64,000 nucleotides of DNA from Eledone cirrhosa (lineage: Eukaryota): NCBI GenBank assembly GCA_964016885.1, contig OZ024742.1, forward strand, positions 146,506,001-146,570,000, written 5' to 3'. A program made the position numbers and the translations under genes. Below, in pieces: positions 38,321-52,080 of the stretch. Within the stretch, counting starts at the first letter, position 1. Every line of letters begins with the position of its first letter. The notes beneath the pieces were generated by a model, which was given only the letters and a program-made list of their open reading frames with translations, ran no database searches and was not told the origin of the DNA.

Positions 38321-38664
38321 AAGATAAAACACACTCGTGCTGTAAAAACCTTTGTGTGGGCTGCAGGTGTGCTTGTAAAGGGTCGCCTTGACATTCCTGA
38401 TATAGGACATATTTATCAACATTGGGTGAAGACGTGCCAGGAAATCTTAGTGGAGGGAAGTAACAGTAAAGATAGACAAAGGAAAACCTGGGTGGAAGTG
38501 GTGAGAGATGATCTCAAATTGCTGAGATTCACAGAGGAGATGATGAAGGATTGTGGCAAATGGAGAGGTGCTGAAAAGGACCCATCCAACCCATGCAAGC
38601 ATGGAAAATGAACATAAAAACAATGAGGACAATGAGGAGGAGGATTGGTGGAATATTGTTTAAA

Positions 38665-39966
38665 TATAGAACAGCAACAGATGCCCTCTTCTTGGTGAGA
38701 CAATTACAAGAGAGGTTCTTAGAGAAGAGTAAGCCACTATACTTAGCCTTTGATAGGGTACCCCTATCTGTCATCCGGTGATCCCTAAGGAAACTAGATG
38801 TTGAGGAATGGCTTGTGAGGACAGTGCAAACTTTGTACAGAGGTACTCTCAGTAAAGTCAGGGTAGGAATGGAGTTTAGTGAGGAATTCCAGATACAAGT
38901 AGGAGTACATCAAGGTTTGGTCCTCAGCCCGCTCTTGTTCATTATAGTCCTCCAAGCCATAACAGAGGAGTTTAAGACTGGCTGTCCATGGAAACTTCTC
39001 TATGCTGACGATCTGGCTCTTATAGCAGAATCAGTAGAGGAGCTAGAAAATAAATTCTGGCTATGGAAACAGCAGTTGGAAGCAAGAGGACTGAGAGTGA
39101 ACCTAGCTAAGACAAAAGTGTTGATGAGTAGAAAAGAGGACAAAACTGTGATTCCGTCAGGGAAATGGCCATGTTCGATATGCAGAAAAGGAACTGGCAT
39201 AAAGTCTATAAAATACACACAATGCTGATCCTGGGTATACAAGAGATGTAGTGGGATAGCAGGCAAACTAACAGGTATGGAGAAATATGTATGCAGTAGA
39301 TGTACAGGGAAATTAGACAGTAGAAGTTGCATTGATAGGCAGGTGCTATAGAAGTGGTGGATAGCTTCCGGTACCTAGGAGATCAGATTAGCATGGGAGG
39401 GGGTGTTCCGAGGCCATAGTATCTAGAATAAGGACGGGTTGGAAGAAGTTTAGGGAGCTGCTTCCTCTGCTGACGAAGAAGGGTTTCTCTCTGCGTACGA
39501 AAGGACGGTTATATGATGCCTGTGTGAGGAGCGTGATGCTGCATGGTAGTGAGACAAGGGCAGCAACTGCAGAGGATATGTGACGGCTGGAGAGAAATGA
39601 GGCAAGCATGCTCCATTGGATGTGCAATGTCAATGTGCATGAACGACCCAGCATGAATGTGTTGAGAGAGAAACTGTGTCTGAGAGGGATAAAATGTAGT
39701 GTGCGAGCAAGCAGACTGAGGTGGTATGGACATGTGATACGCATGGAGGATGACTGATGGGTGAAGAAGTGCCAGGAAATGCCAGTTGAAGGAAGACGTG
39801 GTAGAAGTAGACCATGAAAAACATGGGCGGAGGTGGTGAGAACAGATCTCAGATCGCTGAAGCTCACGGTGGAGATGACGAAGGACCGTGACAAGTGGAC
39901 AGATGCTGTGCTGAATAAGACCCCCCCCCCCTCTTGCAAGCAGGGAAAAGCGGACATAAAATGATG
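38665..39966 (+). mobile_element. RTE LINE RT fragment through 3' end, degraded
   Basis: TDALFLVRQLQE, VGVHQGLVLSPLLF, LLYADD, KWPCSIC, with multiple stops. The 3' part matches 26900-27408. Confidence 0.92.
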
Positions 39967-40194
39967 GGTGTGTGGTGTGATATCAATATTGATATATTAT
40001 TATAATATAGGATATATCAGTTTACATTAGTGATATATTGCTTAAATATAAGAGATATATGTTAATATTGATAGGACATATTTCCTGCAATCATTTCCTT
40101 GAGAAAAGCATTAACAACACTGCTTCTCATGACTTATCATTCAAAACTGTTGTGTTTTCTTCTGAATGTGAACAGTCATTATAATATGCATCAG

Positions 40195-40412
40195 TGAGGG
40201 TGATGGATTCAGAGAATCATTAGATTGTCGGACAAAATGCTTTGTGGCATCTGTTCTGACAACTTAAATTCTGAGTCCAAATGCCATTGAAGCTAACTTT
40301 GCTTTTCCTTTTTCCATGGTCGATAAAGTAAAGTACCAGTCAAGCACTGGGGTCAATGTAACCAAATTATCTAACACCTCAAATTGCTGAATTTGTGTCT
40401 AAATTTAAAACC
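40195..40412 (+). mobile_element. Nin-domain-like SINE, degraded
   Basis: ctgagtccaaatgcc...aactttgcttttcc...ggtcgataaagtaaagtaccagtc. Confidence 0.65.
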
Positions 40413-40556
40413 ATTAAAATATGTGTAAATGTGTGTCGAGGTAATATCCTATCTAAGCAATAGATTATCTGTCAGCATTATATTGATACAGAAACTAATA
40501 TATAACATTTAGCATAACGGACTTGTCATATTCTCATATGAATTATATATATATAT

Positions 40557-40905
40557 GGAGGCACATGGCTTAGTGGTTAGAGTATTGGCCTTGCAATCGA
40601 AAGGTTGAGAGTTCAATTCTCATACCGGGTGATGTGTTGTTTCCTTGAGCAAGACACTTTATTTCACATTGCTCCAGTTTACTCAGCTGTAGAAATGAGA
40701 TGATAGGGACTGAGGTCCATATCATTCCACTGCAAAGTGGATGTGTAGGCGCCACGGAAAAAAAGCACCCAGCACTCACTGTAAATGAGGTTCGTGTTAG
40801 GAAGGGCATCCAGCTGTAGAAATCAAGCCAGAATCAGTTCCCGTCCCACCCTTGCAAGCAGGGAAAAAGCGGACATAAAATGAAATGATGATGATGATGA
40901 TGATA
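40557..40905 (+). mobile_element. tRNA-SINE head joined to RTE 3' UTR and (GAT)n tail
   Basis: A/B-box-like tggcttagtgg...gttcaattc and ccttgagcaagacact, then from ~40730 the RTE 3' UTR. Confidence 0.7.
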
Positions 40906-41130
40906 TATATAATTATTCAAGCCAGTTACTACAACAGCACCATACCAGGTACGTTTTGTTGGTCACTGAGGAACAACTCATATATGTATATACATACATG
41001 TATATTTATATAATATATATAACATACAATATATAGCCAAACATAATGAAGACAGAAAGGACGATTTGTTATGTCTTCATTATGTTTCACTATATATATA
41101 ACATATATATATATATATACAATGATGAGT

Positions 41131-41410
41131 GGAGGCACGTGGCCTAGTGGTAAGGGTGTTGGACTTACGATCAAAATGTTGTGGGCTCGATTCCTGGGTT
41201 GCGTGTTGTGTTCTTGTGCAAAACACTTCATTTCACATTGCTCCAGTATACTCAGCTGAAAATGAGTACCAGCAATAGCTGGAGGTTTAACCCTGCGATG
41301 GACTGGCGTCCTGGCCAGGGGGGAGTCTTGTACTCTCAGTTGCTTCACGACATGAAACCGGGATAAGTACCGGCCAAATGAGCCTTCTGGCTTAAGACAG
41401 ACATTAGACT
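41131..41410 (+). mobile_element. tRNA-derived SINE, near full length
   Basis: ggaggcacgtggcctagtggtaagg...ggctcgattcc...aatgagtacc...ccctgcgatggactggcgtcc. Confidence 0.8.
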
Positions 41411-42647
41411 TTTTTTTTTAGACGATGATGATGATGATATATATATACCATCATCATCGTCATCATTTTAAAATCTGCTTTCCCTAGTATCAAATGTTGG
41501 ACGGGTTTACATAGACCAAGTCAGTACTGATGCGGTGGCTACTGATCTCCCTGACAAGCCAGGGATCCGTCATCTCACTTATGTATAGTCTCACATTCTA
41601 CCGAGTGCACTAGGGAGGTTATCCTGTCTTTGACACACAACTCTGGGTCCTCCCAACCCTTTGTTTGGCAAGCATTCTATGACTGGATGTCCTTCCTATC
41701 ACCAAACACTTTACAGTGTGTACAGGGTGTGTTTATCATGTAGATCACCAAACACTAGGGAGGCTGTCATATCCTTCACACAACTGAAAAGTTCGCCCAA
41801 CCCTTTGGCAAGCCCTTCATGGCCGAATGCCCTTTCCATCAACAATCACTTCATAAGGGAGCAGCAGCCAGGAATGTGTGCGCAGAAGGGGCATGGAGTG
41901 TATGCAGTGAGCTTGGTGTTGTGAGACAAGTCAGATCAGATAACCATGTCTTATTCACACAGAACTGTTTCTGGCTTGGTTTCTATGGCTGGAAGCCCTT
42001 CCTCACGCCAACCACATTTACAGTGTGGACTGGGTGCTTTTTGATGTGACATCTACATGACCACTTTGCTGTGTGGATTGGTTGTTTTTGTCATAGCACC
42101 AATACGACTGCTTTACAGTGTGGACTGTATCATCATTCATCATCATTGTTGTTTTAACGTCTGCTTTCCCTTCTAGCATATATATATATATATATGCGTG
42201 TGTGTGTATAATATATGTATATATAATATAGATACATTTCTATACCACTAACACATTCAAAAATAAACATACAATTCAAAATTATATTTAGTGTGTGAAA
42301 GGTTAAAACATTTCTATTGTAAGTAAGAAAATATAGACAGTTTCAAAGATATTACGTTTAACCTGAACTTTGTGGCTGGCTGAATCTTGAGACTATTGGG
42401 GATTATTAATGTATCATATAAAATCATATGTTCTATATTATTAACACACACACTTTATTTTCACTGTAAATAAATTGTTGTTTAGGGCAAGTTCAATCCT
42501 GATCTAGGTAACCTATGATTAATGGCAATCCATCAGTGATCATTTTGTCTTTTTCTTTCTAGAACAGCATAATCTTATGTACCATCTTTTCTAGGATGTA
42601 AAGGAGATTGGGCTGCTATTTTTAGAAGGTTGAATGACTACATAAAA

Positions 42648-42808
42648 CAGTCATGAGTAAACCGTGGCCTGTGAGCCACATATGGCCCATTGGATTTCTG
42701 TATAGCACACTTAATTTCAAAATTACCTTGAACTTTTTACTAGTGCGAACCATCTTAATGAGTCACATTCTATACGGCTCATTGCTCAATAAAGGTTGCC
42801 CATGCCTG
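42648..42808. mobile_element. hAT-like MITE
   Basis: Termini CAGTCATGAGTAAACC and GGTTGCCCATGCCTG; imperfect 8-bp flanks acataaaa/acttagaa. Confidence 0.55.
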
Positions 42809-43149
42809 ACTTAGAAGCTCCCTAATTGACTTGTCTGTAAATAAGTACCATGATGAGGTAGTTGAAACACTGTATGATTGAAGTGTTGTTTGAAATCTTT
42901 CCAATGTACAGAAATTGTGTTAAAGTGACACATTGCCATATGTTGGAGAACACTAAGAACGTGTTAATACATGATATACACTTAAATACCATTCTGTACA
43001 CACACTGTAAGGTGGTTGATGTGGTAGAGTCACTAGAGCATTAAATATTTATTCCAGGTCTCTGCATTCTGAGTTCAAATCCTGCCAAATCCTGTTACTT
43101 TGCTCTTCATTTTTTCAAGATTTATAAAGATAGTACCAGCCCTGTAATG

Positions 43150-43496
43150 GTACAGCCCACTCTCCTGTCACTTCCTAGATATTCCACTGAATCAAAGGAG
43201 GGAGGGTTGCAAGGGTGTCTGTGCACTGTAATACTATTCTGTATACATACGGAACAAACTACCTGCATCGGTTGTTAGCTGTTGGGATACTGCATCCTTC
43301 AAAACTTCCAGGCTTCGCAAAATTTGCCAACGCTGATATTCCTCCCCCATACACATGCACGCATGTATCTGTGTGTATATCATGACTCATACACTGTTCA
43401 CTTTCCTGACATTGTACATTACTCTATGTACTATACATGCACCTTCAATGAATTGTAGTGCACCTGAGAACTGTATACAATAATTTTCATTATTAT
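43150..43496 (+). mobile_element. Probable L2/CR1-type LINE 3' end
   Basis: Ends gtgcacctgagaactgtatacaataattttcattattat, an L2-like tail. Family assignment is tentative. Confidence 0.4.
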
Positions 43497-43507
43497 ACCC
43501 TTCTGTG

Positions 43508-43722
43508 AGGGCGGATTAGCAGTATCGGTAGAGAGCTGGACGCCATGCTTTTCAGCATAGAGTTACGGCCTTTTATGATCTGAGTTCAAATCCCACCAAG
43601 GTTAACTTTGCCTTTCATCGTTACTGGGTCGATAAAATAAAGTACCAGTCATACACTAGGATCGATTTAATAGACTTTCGCCTCCCCCCAAATTACTGGC
43701 CTTGTGCCTAAATAAGAAACCA
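43508..43722 (+). mobile_element. Nin-domain-like SINE
   Basis: gagttcaaatcccaccaaggttaactttgcctttcatc...gggtcgataaaataaagtaccag. Confidence 0.8.
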
Positions 43723-44234
43723 TTATCATACCCTTCTGTGTACACACTGTAGTACCTTTCTATATATACACACGGAAATAACTTTCTGTATATATACTGT
43801 AATACCGTTTTTTAATGGTGGTGGATACTATGGAAAACTAGATAATGATAAAACAAGTTTTATCTTACATTTATTTGTTTAGAACCTTCAGAGATATTAT
43901 TCTATATATCATTACAGATCAAAGGAAAGATATGAGATAATATCATGTAGGATATAAACATTGAAGATTATATGGAAATAACAGCAAATATTTAAACCTT
44001 AACGTCCTGTACCACACGAAACCACATTAGTAAGATATTCTTAAAAAGTACAAAACAGCACTATAATTTCATCACCACTATCATCATTTTACATCCATTT
44101 TCAATACCTGTATTAAAAATCAAAGTCTTTACTACAACACATTTTCACATTGATTTGTCCACAGATAAACATTTGAATTAACAAACCTGTTTTTAGATAC
44201 GTTCTGCTAAATCATTACAGATTGGTAAGAGTTA

Positions 44235-44350
44235 AGGTGCATGGCTTAGTGGTTAGAGAGTTGGATTTGTAATCATGAGGTTGTGCGTCTGATTCCCAGA
44301 CCAGGTGACATGTTATGACCTTGAGCAAGATAATTTATGTCACATTGCCC
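44235..44350 (+). mobile_element. tRNA-SINE head
   Basis: ggtgcatggcttagtggttagag...ccttgagcaaga. Confidence 0.65.
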
Positions 44351-45085
44351 TTTTTGCCAAGAGTATCAACTGGTAGATTGTATCAGAAATGGAAAAACCA
44401 GTGAAAACATTGTTTCCTTGATCTGATTTGATGAGTCCCACCCTACTTGGTAAGGGAATGAGGTCTGGGATCTTGTCGATCAATTCCTTAAAGAGTTAAC
44501 TTAGCTCAGGTTATTAATCATCTTAATCTGCTTCCCATGCTGGTATGGGTTGGATAGATTGTTATTCAGAGTTACTCTACTCCAAAATGAGTCAGAGAAT
44601 CACATTTCACTTGTATGTCCGAAATTTTGGTATGGTTTCCTGATGACAACTACTTTACAGAGTGTACATGGTGCATTTTATTGCACTCAGAATTTACTAA
44701 ATGCATATTATAATGGTACCAACACTAGTGACATTCTCTTGTGTCCTGCAAAACTGTTTATTCAAAGCAACATTATAAAGGTTAACTAAGGTTAGTGCAT
44801 GTGTCATTGAATATCTTTAGCCTCTGTTAAGTTAAATTTGCTTCTCAAGTTCAATTTTTGGTTGAGCTATTTCACTTTCTTTCTTGTACATCGTATATGT
44901 CATTTTTATCCATAATATAAGATTTCTGATACAGCTACAAGCTCACAAATTCGTATAAAAAGGTGTAGTTGCTTGACTCAGCTGCAGTATTTGACTGGTA
45001 CGTATTTCATTAAAGGCAGAGGGGTGAAAGGTAAAGTTAACTCTGGTGGTGGATTTAGAACCCAGAATGTCAAGGGATATAATTA

Positions 45086-45314
45086 AATACCATTTAGCAT
45101 TTAAACCGGTCATATCCGGTCAGAATTTTCTCACCTCTTTCTATTCAAACTGGCCATAACCGGCTGCTCATACTGATGTTAAGGTATTGTTCTCAAAATA
45201 AATAATATCAAAATCTCATAGATTCAATATTATATGAGATAATTATGCGAGGTAAAGCCTTTACTGTGAAAATATAATAGTAAATATAGAGTAATGTAAG
45301 TGCTAAAGGGTTAA
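45086..45314. mobile_element. TTAA MITE copy
   Basis: Same body as 19131; ends tgctaaagggTTAA. Confidence 0.75.
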
Positions 45315-45762
45315 TCTGTTTTCTCCACCATTTCTATAACCCTACCACCCATTGACATCCAGGATGGATTCCTTCAGGCAGACTTACTCACAACAAACTT
45401 CATAATGATTATGTGTTAGATGGTGACCCAATGACCTTCCAAGTGTTATCAAACATTTACAAATTAAAACTAATAAAATTATATCCTAAATTGTTATATA
45501 GCTTAGAAGAGGGGTGGAGAACTGATAGAGTTTTTATATTTAAGATACATTGAATGAAGTGTAATCTAATAATCTATAGAAAATGTTAATTAATAGGAAA
45601 TGTAATTACATTTATTGTGAAAATGAGAAATTCAAATGTAAACTGATATTTTAATGAGTGGAGTTTATGACTGTTATGTTTTTACTGATTTAAGTTATGG
45701 ATTGGGGGCATGCTGCGACACTGGTTTACTGTGTGTAGTCCAGGAGTGGGGAACTTGCAGTC

Positions 45763-46193
45763 TTAACCTTTTAGCAGTTAACCCTTTAATGTTCAAACCG
45801 GCCAGAATTCTCTACCTCTTTCTGTTGAAACTGGCTGTAACTGGTCTCTCAAACTGATGTTAAGGTATTGTTCTCAAAATAAATACTTTCAAAATCTCAT
45901 AGATTCGATATTATGTGAGATAATTATGTGAGGTAAAGCCTTTACCATGAAAATATAATAGTATATATAGAGTAATGTGAATGCTAAAGGGTTAAACTGA
46001 CCATATCTGACCAGAATTTTCTCACCTCTTTCTCTTCAAACTGGCCACTCATACATATATTAAGGTGTTGCTCTCAAAATAAATAACATTGAAAGCTTGT
46101 AGATTCGATATTATGTGAGATAATTATATGAGGTAAAGCTTTTACCACAAATACAATAGAACATATAGAGTAATGTAAATGGTAAAGGGTTGA
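45763..46193. mobile_element. Two tandem TTAA MITE copies
   Basis: TTAACCCTTT...AAAGGGTTAA, then a second 5'-shortened copy ending ggtaaagggtt. Confidence 0.75.
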
Positions 46194-46264
46194 AGCCACA
46201 CATGGCCCTCTGAAATACTAACTACAGCCTACTGAAAGAAGCATAACATTGATACTGATTTCTG

Positions 46265-46460
46265 ATTTATACACAAGACCAGAAAATTTAGGGGAAGGGC
46301 AAAGTTGATTAAGTCAACCCTAGTACTTGACTGGTACTTTATTTTATTGACCCCGGAAGGTTGAAAGCAAGGATGACCATGACTAAATTTGAACTCAGAA
46401 TGTCAAGTGACACAACAAATGCTGCAACGTGGCATCTTATCCGATGCTCTACAGATTCTG
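46265..46460 (-). mobile_element. Nin-domain-like SINE
   Basis: ctggtactttattttattgaccccggaaggttgaaagc...tttgaactcag. Confidence 0.7.
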
Positions 46461-47661
46461 AAAATCCCTCTACAAAGGCAAACCACATTGGAGTATATTT
46501 TTGCTGATTTTATTTTATTCTCAAGCACATGGAAAGCCTACTTAAGTTAAATACTTCTATCATGGGATCAAACATTAAAATGCTTTCCCATAAAAAGCAA
46601 TAACAGAAGAGTTAATTTTGAAATATTTTTTTTAGGTTTTATAATATATTTAAGATTTTGTCAGTTTTTATAAATAATTATATTTTGTGAAATAACTGAG
46701 GTTTAGCAAGACAATATTTTTTCGAAATGTGGCCTCATTGAATATTCCAGCTTGAAAAGGTCCCTATCATATTGATCCTAATACATATTTTACTCAAGTT
46801 AAGGGGCATAAACAAACAGCACATTTTGTAAATACTTATATGGATACACAACAGGCTTCTACATAGTTTTCTTCCACCAAATTTCCCTCATAAAGAATTG
46901 ATGAAGATAAGACTATAATAAAAGACACCCACTCAAAGGGCCATACCTGCCCCTAATCACAATCATCATCCCAATTTAATGCCTGTTTTCCATGTTTGCA
47001 TGGATGAGATGAATGCTACATCTTCAGGCTCGACCAGTTGGGTGACTAGTTTATATGCTTCATTGCGGGCTGGTTTCTACAGCTAGATGCCGTTTTTAAT
47101 ACCAACTCCTCTACAATGTGTACTGGTAGTAAGGTTTCTATGGATGGATGCCCTTCCTAACACCAACCACTTTACAGCATGTACAGGTATCATGATTTCT
47201 ATAGCTGGATACCCTTTCTAATACCAACTACTTTACAGTGTGTACTGGGATCACCGTACCATCACTCTGGCACTACCACCTTACAGGGTGGATTGGTTGC
47301 TATTTGTGATGGCACCAACACTACCACCTTACAGAATTGTCTGGGGGCTTTTGCCATGGCACCAACACCATTTCATTACTACATTAGGGTGTTCAGTTTC
47401 CTTGTCTAGCTTGGGAGACAACAAATATATATATATATATAAATAGTAAATAATAGTGAAGGCCATATGAAGTTTTTCATAAATTTATTCAAATGGTCTA
47501 TTATGCATGTTTCTCTGGGGTTGATTATTAGCTGATGTAATAACCACACAATCATTGGCTCAAGTTCATCAGTTAGCATTTTTAGAGATAAAGACAAGTA
47601 ACTTCTATAGTTTATTGATAAGAGGGCAAGCATACAGCATGTTCACATCTAGCTGGCTGGC

Positions 47662-47713
<52 letters not shown>

Positions 47714-47879
47714 AAATAGCACAAATACATATATAAGACACTGACAGATGGAGATAACACAGGAAAAAATGCTGACCTCTTAAGCCATTCTGTAGCAATT
47801 TATGATTATACTGCTGTGCCAGTCATTGGGTATGATTCCATTGTGTATTTCTTGATTTACTATATGTGTTTTTCTAGTT

Positions 47880-48570
47880 TGACTCCTACCTCTCCCGATG
47901 ATTTTAGCATCTCACCAACTATCTCTGTTGGTCCCGCAGCTTTACCATTTTTCATCTCCTTGATTGCAGCTTTGACCTAAAACTAGCAACTTCAATAGCT
48001 GGTCTGGTCCTACTATTGGGTAAGTTGAGTGTAGTTTCTCTTCCTCCCATTTATTCTGTATTTTCATCAATTTCTCATAGTAACATTTCCAGACTTCTTT
48101 CTGTTGGACATTAGTGGTGCTATATGCACCAGCATCATTTCTAATAACCCCCCCCCCCAACCACATCTCTATTTACACTAACACACGGCTTTGCAATACG
48201 GAACATTTCATGCCTCTGGTCCTCACTTCTCAAGAAAGCGACAAATTTACTTTCTTCAGCCTCCCTCTGAGCTGTGTATACCTGTCTTCTAGCTTCTTTC
48301 TTAGTTACCTGGTATCGGTCTCTGCTACCCCAATTTTTCCAGTCATTCCACACCTGTCTTTTGGCTTTAATGTCACTATCCATTGTGCTGTTCCACCATC
48401 AGACCACTCTCTGTCTAGTTGGTACCTTACTCCAGCTGCAAGTCTCATCAGTAGTTCACAAAATGTTGTCATGTAAAATTTTCCTGTTGTCTTCTATGTT
48501 ATATGTATCTCTCTCATCACGTCTCTCATCAAATGTATCCTGGAAGGACCTTCTAAATCTATATTTAACT
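47880..48570 (-). mobile_element. Degraded RTE fragment (between APE and RT)
   Basis: IKAKRQVWNDWKN...KKEARRQVY...EDQRHEMFRIAK, homologous to the 31988-34047 ORF. Confidence 0.8.
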
Positions 48571-48864
48571 GTATAATTTGAAGTAAGAACCTTTATTAAA
48601 TTATATTCCAAATACTAACTTAATAATGAGAAAATTAGTTATTTTACTAAATCACTTCAAATTCTTGTTTATTTTTCAAAAATATCTGAAAATCATATGC
48701 AGTCTTATATTAATGAAATGGTAATAAACAGGTTAAGAGTTTTATTAACTTAACTAGGTCTGCCTTTATTGGGCTACTATACTTCTATACTTCCAAATTT
48801 CCATATTGGCTGTTTCAGTTGTTAGATTTAGTTTCATTTTAGCTGGCAGGAACAATGTCAGACA

Positions 48865-49034
48865 AGTGGTTGATTGTTGTTATTGTTGATGATGTTATTG
48901 CTGTTATAATTGTCTGCCATTGTTGTTGTTATTGTTGTTTTCGCTGCTGCTGTTGCTACTGTTATTATTGTTGTTGTTATTGTTGTTATTACTATTGTTA
49001 TTGCTGCTGCTGATGTTATTATTGTCACTGATAA

Positions 49035-49076
<42 letters not shown>

Positions 49077-49532
49077 AGCTGCTGTTGTTATTGTTTTTAT
49101 TGTCACTGCTGTTATTATTGTTATTGTTGTTGTTGTTGTTATTGTTATTGTTGCTGCTGTTGCTATTGTTGATGTTATTGTGGTATTGGATTGGCAGTAT
49201 TGGTAGAGGATTGGACGGCATGCTTGGCAGCATAGAGTTACGGCCCTTCACGGTCTATGTTCAAATCCCGCCGAAGATTAACTTTGCCTTTCATCCTTAT
49301 TGGGTCGATAAAATAAAGTACCAGTAATGTACTGGAGTAATTGCTGGCCTTGTGCCAAAAGTAGAAATAATAATAATTATTATTGTTGTTGTTGTTGCTG
49401 TTATTGTTATTGCTGCTGCTGTTGCTATTGTTGTTATTGTTGTTGTTATTATCGTTGCTACTGTTGTTGTTGTTGTTCCTGTTGCTGTTATTATTATTGT
49501 TGTTGTTACTGTCGTTGTTGTTATTGTTGTTA
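48865..49532. repeat. (GTT/ATT/GCT)n trinucleotide tract interrupted by a SINE
   Basis: Two trinucleotide blocks flanking 49190-49368. Confidence 0.9.
49190..49368 (+). mobile_element. Nin-domain-like SINE
   Basis: gttcaaatcccgccgaagattaactttgcctttcatcc...gtcgataaaataaagtaccag. Confidence 0.8.
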
Positions 49533-49932
49533 CACAATATCAGCCAGCTATGGCTGAACAGTTCTTAGTGTTCTGCTGTTTCATAAAATGGAAGTGATCT
49601 TGATCTCTCATTAAGACAGAATCACCAATATTCATCATTATTGATCCCTCTTCTAGACGAACTGCCTGAATATAACAGCCACAATGGCAGAGTTGATTAA
49701 ATGAAGGATGAATGGGGGGAGCATAACTCAGTTGGAGCTCTTTCACAGATAAATTATTGACGGGCAATAGCAACAACAACAACATCTAAAGAAATAACTT
49801 CACATCAAAGTTACCAGAAAACACAGGAAATATTGATATTTTATAACCAATATATTAGGAGCAGGTTCTGTTGTTTGCTTAAGGAGTTCATTTCACAATT
49901 ACGTAGTTTAGTGTTCAGTTCTATACAACAGG

Positions 49933-50090
49933 TGCAGGCATGGCTATATGGTTAAGGAGTTCACTTCAAAACCACCTGGTTTCTGGCTCAGTCCCATTGC
50001 ATGTCTCCTTGGGTAAATGTCTTCTAATATAGTCTTAGGTTGCCCAGTGCTTTGTAAGGGAAATTTGATAGATGGAAACTGTGTAGAAGC
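49933..50090 (+). mobile_element. CORE-like SINE
   Basis: gcaggcatggctatatggttaagg...ccttgggtaaatgtcttct. Confidence 0.6.
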
Positions 50091-51159
50091 CTAGCAGTCT
50101 GCACTCGCTGACGCCTCAAGGTCTGGGACAGCTATGTGCAATCACCCCATTACAAATAAACATTTTGTTAGTACACTGAGACAACTTTGCACACTTATAT
50201 GTACAAACCATATCTCATTGAGTGATTAATGGCACCAACCAAGAATATAATGAATATATTTCCTATAACCTTGTTACCCATGCTAGTGTGGAAAATGGAT
50301 GTTAAACAATGATGATGATGATATATTTATATACTATTTATGTTCGATGGTTTAACTAATGAGTAGATCTGGTCATTCCAATTAGTAGATCATGATACAT
50401 TAAGCAAATGCACTCAACGTTATGTGTATCATCCATCTTAGATGTGGTATTTCATGGTTGGTGCAAGAATGGATTTAAATACTTCAATGAAAACAAAACG
50501 CCAGATTCCAAATATTCCTTTAATGTTGCAAAAATCCCGATACATATTTCTAAGGCCTGGTTATGTCATTAGATCATGATGCAAGACATGTGGCGACATC
50601 ATCAGGTGTAAATAATAATGATTTGGTAAACATAAACAGAGAGTAGAATTGGTATGGAGGCAGTCCGCCAGTCAGTAGGATTACTATGATTGATGGCCTC
50701 CATATGCCACACACTCCACAATACAATGCATTGTGGGTTCATTGGTACAACCAATGGTGGGGTGTTTGGCAGTGACACAATTCTGCTGAACGCTGATATG
50801 TGATGCTATTAATCAGAACCATTTGTTTGTTGTTTATAACAAGGTCAGTGGGTACCATATATCCAGTGATATCAGTATCTGACTGAAAACCAGCTTAGCA
50901 TAACAGTGAAGCTCCTAAAAGTAATAAATATTATTGGTGCAAAATGTTATAAAAATGTTTTAGATTATAAAAATGAAAAACCAGTGTTAAATAAATATAA
51001 ATAACTATAACAGTAAATAAACCAAGAAAAGTAAGGAATTATAAAGAGTATAAAAACTGTTGCCTCTATAGTTTTCTCTGTCTAGTACATCTCCTTTGCT
51101 CTTGTAGCAGTAGATAATGCTGTTGCTATGCCAGTCAATATGTATGGCATTATATTATT

Positions 51160-51316
51160 GGACGCCATGCTTTGCAGCAAAGAGTTACGGCCCTTTATAG
51201 TCTGAGTTCAAATCCCAGCGAGGTTAACTTTGCCTTTCATCCTTACGGGGGTTGATAAAATAAAGTACCAGTAATACACTGGGATAATTGCTGACCTTGT
51301 ACCAAAAGTAGAAACA
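51160..51316 (+). mobile_element. Nin-domain-like SINE
   Basis: gagttcaaatcccagcgaggttaactttgcctttcatccttacggggg. Confidence 0.8.
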
Positions 51317-51394
51317 ACTATTTTATATTTACAATACAGTGGTTAAAGTGTGACCCACCAACCCAGAATCTTTCGGCATCTCGGGCAACTATCC

Positions 51395-52080
51395 CTGAGG
51401 ATCCAGCTGCTTTCCCCATCTTCATATTGTTAATTGCCTTACTACACTGCTGCTGACTTCTGTTGGATCCACTTAGAGCAGACTATCTTCCTCACATGCA
51501 TTCTCCTCGTTCAGTATTCTTTCATAATGGCACTTCCATGCTACTTTCTTTTCAGCATCGAGGAAAGCAAGTGCACCATTATCATCTCAGATACATGCCT
51601 GCCAAACATGACAATTTTTCCTGACACACTATCTCACAATCCTGAACACCTCATGATGTAAAACATGCTTAAATTTTTTTTATTTTCTGCTTCCCTCCTT
51701 TCAAAGTATACTTGTTACCTAGCTTCTCTCCTATCTTCCTGGTAATGTACTCTGCTTTACCCCATTCTGCTATTCATTCTATGCCTGTCTTTTGGTCTTA
51801 ATTGTTTCATCTACCCTACTGTTCTACCAACAAGTCACTCTCCTTCTCTCTGGAGCCCCTGCTCTAGCCACAGATCACATTTGTTGCCTTCAGCAAATTA
51901 TCTTTCAGAAACTTCCAATGCTCCTCTATATTGAATGTCTGTATTTGTTCTACCTTGCATCAAGCAAAATACTTCTAAATTTGTTACTGAGTGGAGGCTC
52001 TTTCTCATTCATATCCTCCACGCTGACCTCTGTCACTGAGTTTGTCTAGCTCTAACTATGAAGTCACTAACTACTAGATT
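51395..52080 (-). mobile_element. Degraded RTE fragment
   Basis: Nucleotide similarity to 33210-33960; begins LVVSDF at a (TA)n tract. Confidence 0.7.

Noticed and set aside
40557-40630. tRNA gene (also at 41131 and 44235)
   Set aside because: These tRNA-like heads continue into SINE bodies and the cloverleaf is degenerate.
48858-49597. Poly-N, -T, -V, -L and -C ORFs
   Set aside because: Trinucleotide low-complexity tract.
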